DNA from: Candidatus Saccharimonadota bacterium
Lineage (GTDB): Bacteria; Pseudomonadota; Gammaproteobacteria; Enterobacterales; Enterobacteriaceae
DNA: 32,000 nt
Assembly: GCF_004296475.1 (NCBI RefSeq)
Contig: NZ_AP018162.1
Coordinates: 120,001-152,000 of the forward strand
Direction: 5' to 3'
Shown here: piece by piece, positions 28,588-32,000 of the stretch
Layout of the letters: every line of letters starts with the position of its first letter
Numbering within the stretch: the stretch's first letter is position 1
Notes under the pieces: generated by a model
The model's input: only the letters and a program-made list of their open reading frames with translations
Database searches by the model: none
Told to the model about the DNA's origin: nothing
Program-made: the position numbers and the translations under genes

Positions 28588-28615
28588 TTAAAAAAAAATA
28601 TATATTTTTTTTTAA
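28588..28615. repeat. 28-bp perfect palindrome tt-A9-TATATA-T9-aa in the degP/rplM divergent spacer
   Basis: Read directly from the sequence: A-run 28590-28598, tatata 28599-28604, T-run 28605-28613. The centre lies about 33 nt upstream of the rplM ATG. It could be a -10 element flanked by UP-like tracts or simply low-complexity DNA. Confidence 0.5.
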
Positions 28616-28635
28616 TATTCTTTTAAAATATAAAA

Positions 28636-29046
28636 ATGAAAATTAAAAATACTGTTAAATGGTATATAATAGATGCAGAAAATGAAATTTTAGGGCGTTT
28701 ATCTAGTAAAATATCTATATTATTGCAAGGTAAAAATAAAATAGAATATTTACCTTATATAAATATAAGTGATTATATTATAATAATAAATTCAAAAAAA
28801 ATAAAAATAACTGGAAAAAAATATTTTGATAAAACATACTTTAAGTATACTGGTTATATTGGTAATTTGAAATCTATAAAATTTAAAGATTTATTAAATA
28901 AAAATTCTAATTTTATAATAAGAGAATCTATAAGAAGAATGTTACCAAAAAATAATATAAGTAAAATTATATTAAGGAAATTAAAAATATATGAAGATTC
29001 AAATTATAAAAATATATCTCAAAATCCAATTAAATTAAAAATATAA
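28636..29046 (+). CDS. rplM: 50S ribosomal protein L13
   Basis: 136 aa. [29 protein letters not shown]......DYIIIINS matches E. coli L13 [27 protein letters not shown]. Confidence 0.94.
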   Translation: MKIKNTVKWYIIDAENEILGRLSSKISILLQGKNKIEYLPYINISDYIIIINSKKIKITGKKYFDKTYFKYTGYIGNLKSIKFKDLLNKNSNFIIRESIRRMLPKNNISKIILRKLKIYEDSNYKNISQNPIKLKI

Positions 29047-29056
29047 AATTAATAGA

Positions 29057-29449
29057 ATGAAAGAAATAGTGTATTATGCTACAGGTAGAAGAAAAACTTC
29101 TTCCTCTAGAATTTTTTTAAAAAATGGTAATGGTAAAATTGTTATTAATAATATTGATTTAAAAAAATATTTTAATAGAGAAATAGATATATTAAATATA
29201 TTAAATCCAATAAATATATTAAATCTTAATGATAAAATAGATTGTTATATAACAGTAAAAGGAGGAGGTAATACTGGACAATCTGAATCTATAAGATTAG
29301 GTATATCAAGAGCTTTAATCAAATATGATTATAATTATAAAAAAATATTAAAAGATGTAGGATATTTAACTAGAGATTCTAGAATAGTAGAAAGAAAAAA
29401 ATATGGATTTAAAAAATCAAGAAAAAGACCTCAATTTTCTAAAAGATAA
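29057..29449 (+). CDS. rpsI: 30S ribosomal protein S9
   Basis: 130 aa. [35 protein letters not shown] and the C-terminus RKRPQFSKR are present. Confidence 0.95.
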   Translation: MKEIVYYATGRRKTSSSRIFLKNGNGKIVINNIDLKKYFNREIDILNILNPINILNLNDKIDCYITVKGGGNTGQSESIRLGISRALIKYDYNYKKILKDVGYLTRDSRIVERKKYGFKKSRKRPQFSKR

Positions 29450-29452
29450 AAT

Positions 29453-29959
29453 TTAATTTGTATTTATTATAGTAAAATTATTTTTATTAATTTTATTTAA
29501 AATTTTTTCCATATTTATTCTATTTTTATTACTTATTTTTCCTATTATAAATATTTCTTTATTTTCAGTAAAAATCTTATGATTAAATTTATTTATATTT
29601 ATATTAAATAAAAATTTAATATGTACATGTAATGTAGTTAATTTATCACGGATAATATTATTTAATTTCAAATAATTTGTACATCTTAATTCATTTATTA
29701 TATTTATATTTAAATTTTTATTTATTTCTTCTTCTATTTTATGTATATCATTTATAGATTTTACTTGTCCTAAAATAATTACATTTTTATTATTTAATAA
29801 TATTATTATTCTATTATTATGTTTATATTTTTTTATAATGTTATTTAATTTAAATCTATTAAATAGATCATATATTTGTACATTTACTTTTCTATAATCT
29901 AAATTTGTTTTAATTAATAATGACATTAAAATTAATTTTATTAATTTTTTTATAAACAT
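29453..29959 (-). CDS. dolP: Dual BON-domain protein DolP (YraP)
   Basis: I chose the internal ATG at 29959 (169 aa). The track ORF starts at a TTG at 30064, inside rsmI. RIIILLNNKNVIILGQVKS...INELR aligns with E. coli DolP RINVTAYQGKVLLVGQSPN...YNEIR. KIFTENKEIFIIGKIS aligns with KVTTENGEVFLMGLVT. Confidence 0.75.
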   Translation of the reverse strand: MFIKKLIKLILMSLLIKTNLDYRKVNVQIYDLFNRFKLNNIIKKYKHNNRIIILLNNKNVIILGQVKSINDIHKIEEEINKNLNINIINELRCTNYLKLNNIIRDKLTTLHVHIKFLFNININKFNHKIFTENKEIFIIGKISNKNRINMEKILNKINKNNFTIINTN

Positions 29960-29978
29960 ATTAAATATTTTATTATAA

Positions 29979-30863
29979 ATGAACATAGATAAGTTATTAA
30001 GTAATTTAAATAAAATTCCTATATGTAGTAAAACTATATATATTGTTTCAACACCAATAGGCAATATTAATGATATATCTTTTAGATCATTAAATATATT
30101 AGATAATGTTAATTATATTTTAACTGAAGATACAAGAATAAGTTCTAAATTATTAAATTTTTTTTCTATAAAAAAAAAAATATTATCATTTAATGATATT
30201 AATGAAAAATATAAATCAAAAAAAATATTAAATGAAATATTAAAATATGAATTAAGTATAGCTATAATATCTGACAAAGGAACACCATTAATAAATGATC
30301 CAGGTTATTTTTTAATTAGAGAAGCAATAAAATTAAATATAAATATTATCCCAATTCCAGGGCCATGCGCCGCTATAGCTGCAATATCAGCATCTGGATT
30401 ACCAATTAATAAATTTTGTTATGAAGGTTTTATACCTAGAACTAAAAATAAAAGAATAGATTTATTTAAAAGCATAAAATTTGAAAAAAAAACTGTAATA
30501 TTTTATGAAAGTTATAATAGAATTATAAATTCTCTTAATGATATGATAAATATATTTGGGGAAAAAAGAAATATTGTGTTAGCAAAAGATATAACAAAAA
30601 AATATGAAAATTTTATAAGGACTGATATTATAAGTTTATTAAAAATTTTAGAAAATAAAAAATATAATAAAGGAGAAATAGTATTATTAATAGGAGGGGA
30701 TGATTCTGAAGATTATAAAGATATAAATATAAATAAAATAAAAAAAATAATAGATATATTATATGAAAAAAATAATAAAAAAATATTGTATACTTTATCT
30801 GAAATATTTAATATTAATAAAAATATAATATATAAAATTTTAATTAATAATAAAGTTAATTAG
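29979..30863 (+). CDS. rsmI: 16S rRNA (cytidine1402-2'-O)-methyltransferase RsmI
   Basis: 294 aa. IYIVSTPIGNINDIS, EDTR, SDKGTPLINDPGY, PGPCAAIAAISASGLP..FCYEGF and FYES are near-identical to E. coli RsmI motifs. Uses a TAG stop. Confidence 0.93.
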   Translation: MNIDKLLSNLNKIPICSKTIYIVSTPIGNINDISFRSLNILDNVNYILTEDTRISSKLLNFFSIKKKILSFNDINEKYKSKKILNEILKYELSIAIISDKGTPLINDPGYFLIREAIKLNINIIPIPGPCAAIAAISASGLPINKFCYEGFIPRTKNKRIDLFKSIKFEKKTVIFYESYNRIINSLNDMINIFGEKRNIVLAKDITKKYENFIRTDIISLLKILENKKYNKGEIVLLIGGDDSEDYKDININKIKKIIDILYEKNNKKILYTLSEIFNINKNIIYKILINNKVN

Positions 30864-31192
30864 ATAATCGCTATTTATTTATTTTAAGTAGAGGAAAGTC
30901 CGGGCTCCAGAGTTCAATGGCGCCAGATAATAACTGGAAGATGTGAATCTATGAAAAGTGCAACAAGAAATATACCGCTTTTTTTTTTAAAAGTAAGGGT
31001 GAAATTTGATAAAGTAAGATTTTATCATAAAATTTGGTAACAAATTTTATATGTAAACTCCGCCTGGAGAAAGGCTAAAATAAAGGATAGAACTCATTTT
31101 TTTCCTTAAGGTAAGCTGATTGAGCTAATATATGAATATTAGCCTAGATAAATGATTATCCTAGACAGAATCCGGCTTATATATTAACTTAA
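30853..31192 (+). ncRNA. rnpB: RNase P RNA (M1 RNA), bacterial type A, reduced (~340 nt). End coordinates are approximate.
   Basis: GC-rich island containing GAGGAAAGTCCGGGCTCC (P4 5' strand), AGTGCAACA, GTAAGGGTGAAA, GGTAACA, GTAAACTCCGCCTGGAG, and CTAGATAAATGATTATCCTAGACAGAATCCGGCTTAT (P4 3' strand). P1 pairs aagttaat (30853-30860) with attaactt (31183-31190). P2 pairs gataatc (30863-30869) with gattatc (31154-31160). Confidence 0.93.
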
Positions 31193-31220
31193 ATTTTATT
31201 GATTTTATATATAAATACAT

Positions 31221-31242
31221 TTACAATTAAATTTAATTGTAA
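31221..31242 (+). terminator. 22-bp perfect palindrome about 30 nt downstream of rnpB, followed by a T-rich run. Candidate rnpB terminator or processing hairpin.
   Basis: ttacaattaaatttaattgtaa equals its own reverse complement. The stem includes two G-C pairs and is followed by gtattttattaattatttt. Confidence 0.4.
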
Positions 31243-31274
31243 GTATTTTATTAATTATTTTAAATAAAACATTT

Positions 31275-32000
31275 TTGAATAATATACAAAATGATATTTA
31301 TAAAATAGATAATTTATATAATTTAATTATTTGGGCTAAAAAAATATCAAAAAATAATAATATAAAAAGTCCAGGATTTAATAATTTGTTTGAAGAAATA
31401 AAATTTTTAATATTTTATATATTAGATGTTCCATTTTATTATTATAAATATTTATATAATTTAAAAATAGAGAATAGTAAAAAAGAAATATTAATTAATA
31501 TTATAAAAAAAAGAATTTATAATAAAAAACCAATTTTTTATTTAATTAATAGATCAATATATTATGAATTACTATTTTTTATAGATAAAAACACTATTAT
31601 TCCTAGATCGCCTATAGGCGGTATAATAAAAAATAAATATATAAAAAAAATTATAAAAAATCCAAAATTAATATTAGATTTATGTACTGGAAGTGGATGT
31701 TTAGCTATATTATTAGCTTTTATATATAAAAAATCTAAAATTGATGCTTCAGATATATCACAAAAATCATTATTAATATCTAAAAAAAATATAATTTATT
31801 ATAAAATGGATAATAGAATAAATTTAATAAGATCTAATTTATTTAATAAAATATTAAATAAATATGATTTAATAGTTTCTAATCCTCCATATCTTAATTA
31901 TATTGATATTATAAATCTACCTAAAGAATATAAAAACGAACCAATTAAAGGATTATACGGAGGTAAAAATGGATTAAAGTTTATAGAAAAAATAATAAAT
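31275..32000 (+). CDS. prmB: Ribosomal protein L3 glutamine N5-methyltransferase PrmB (YfcB), 5' part. Runs off the right edge. Probable TTG start.
   Basis: Absent from the ORF track because no stop lies in the window. The frame is open from the TAA at 31212-31214 to 32000. IIPRSPIGGIIKNKY, LDLCTGSGCLAILLAF and YDLIVSNPPYLNYIDIINLPKEYKNEPIKGLYGGKNGLKFIEKII align with E. coli PrmB LVPRSPIGELINNKF, LDMCTGSGCIAIACAY and [45 protein letters not shown]. No in-frame ATG occurs before the conserved N-terminal region. The TTG at 31275 fits the expected length. Confidence 0.85.
   Translation, partial: MNNIQNDIYKIDNLYNLIIWAKKISKNNNIKSPGFNNLFEEIKFLIFYILDVPFYYYKYLYNLKIENSKKEILINIIKKRIYNKKPIFYLINRSIYYELLFFIDKNTIIPRSPIGGIIKNKYIKKIIKNPKLILDLCTGSGCLAILLAFIYKKSKIDASDISQKSLLISKKNIIYYKMDNRINLIRSNLFNKILNKYDLIVSNPPYLNYIDIINLPKEYKNEPIKGLYGGKNGLKFIEKIIN

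Noticed and set aside
29960-30064. Upstream extension of the dolP ORF, starting at a TTG at 30064 and overlapping the rsmI start by 86 nt
   Set aside because: The extension (MPIGVETIYIVLLHIG...) is the antisense of the conserved rsmI N-terminal coding region. The ATG at 29959 gives a signal-peptide-like N-terminus and leaves a 19-nt divergent spacer.
1-32000. Possible UGA-to-Trp recoding or another alternative genetic code, as seen in some tiny symbiont genomes
   Set aside because: All conserved genes are full length under the standard code. Conserved Trp positions that I checked use TGG (for example GRWAKK in uppS and KWFN in the csp gene). No called gene ends in TGA; the stops are TAA with a few TAG. 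That is simply what extreme AT bias predicts.
1-32000. Search for CRISPR arrays, IS elements or transposases, integrases, prophage genes, toxin-antitoxin or other defence systems, and large direct repeats
   Set aside because: None was found. Every ORF longer than about 100 aa except one (10586-10903) is a recognisable core housekeeping or envelope gene. Spacers are mostly under 150 nt, and there are no spaced direct repeats. I cannot support a novel multi-gene system in this window.

Overview
This window is extremely AT-rich (by eye well under 20% G+C, with proteins dominated by Lys, Asn and Ile). It is very gene-dense and uses the standard genetic code. Gene content and local gene order follow Enterobacterales blocks: metT-leuW-glnU next to glnS, map divergent from rpsB-tsf, hisS-yfgM-der, and rplM-rpsI. 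These blocks are heavily collapsed, which points to a strongly reduced, Enterobacterales-derived obligate endosymbiont of the Buchnera or Wigglesworthia type. The exact taxon cannot be determined from sequence alone. I call 31 protein genes: dnaK (partial), ftsB, mrcB, tyrS, rplY, aroQ, ssb, gyrA, an OmpC/F-type porin, one orphan ORF, glnS, map, rpsB, tsf, frr, uppS, bamA, dnaE, a cold-shock protein, tsaB, der, yfgM, hisS, murA, degP/Q, rplM, rpsI, dolP, rsmI and prmB (partial). There are also four tRNAs (Arg-UCU, Met-CAU, Leu-UAG, Gln-UUG) and a reduced type-A RNase P RNA. I see no mobile elements, CRISPR arrays, defence or toxin systems, or large repeats, so I cannot support a claim of a novel multi-gene system here. 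The interesting signals are genome-reduction oddities. The rplY frame runs into a tRNA gene. DnaE ends one residue after its internal clamp-binding motif. SSB ends in the ssb-113-type tip (ISF). GyrA has Ile at the Ser83 position. rnpB overlaps the rsmI stop and has a minimal P12. prmB has no ATG start. None of the tRNA genes encodes CCA. Many long in-frame poly(A) tracts are present. Whole gene sets have been excised cleanly from conserved operons: pyrH, dxr, cdsA, rseP, skp-lpxD-fabZ-lpxA-lpxB-rnhB, bamB, and lpoA-yraN-diaA.
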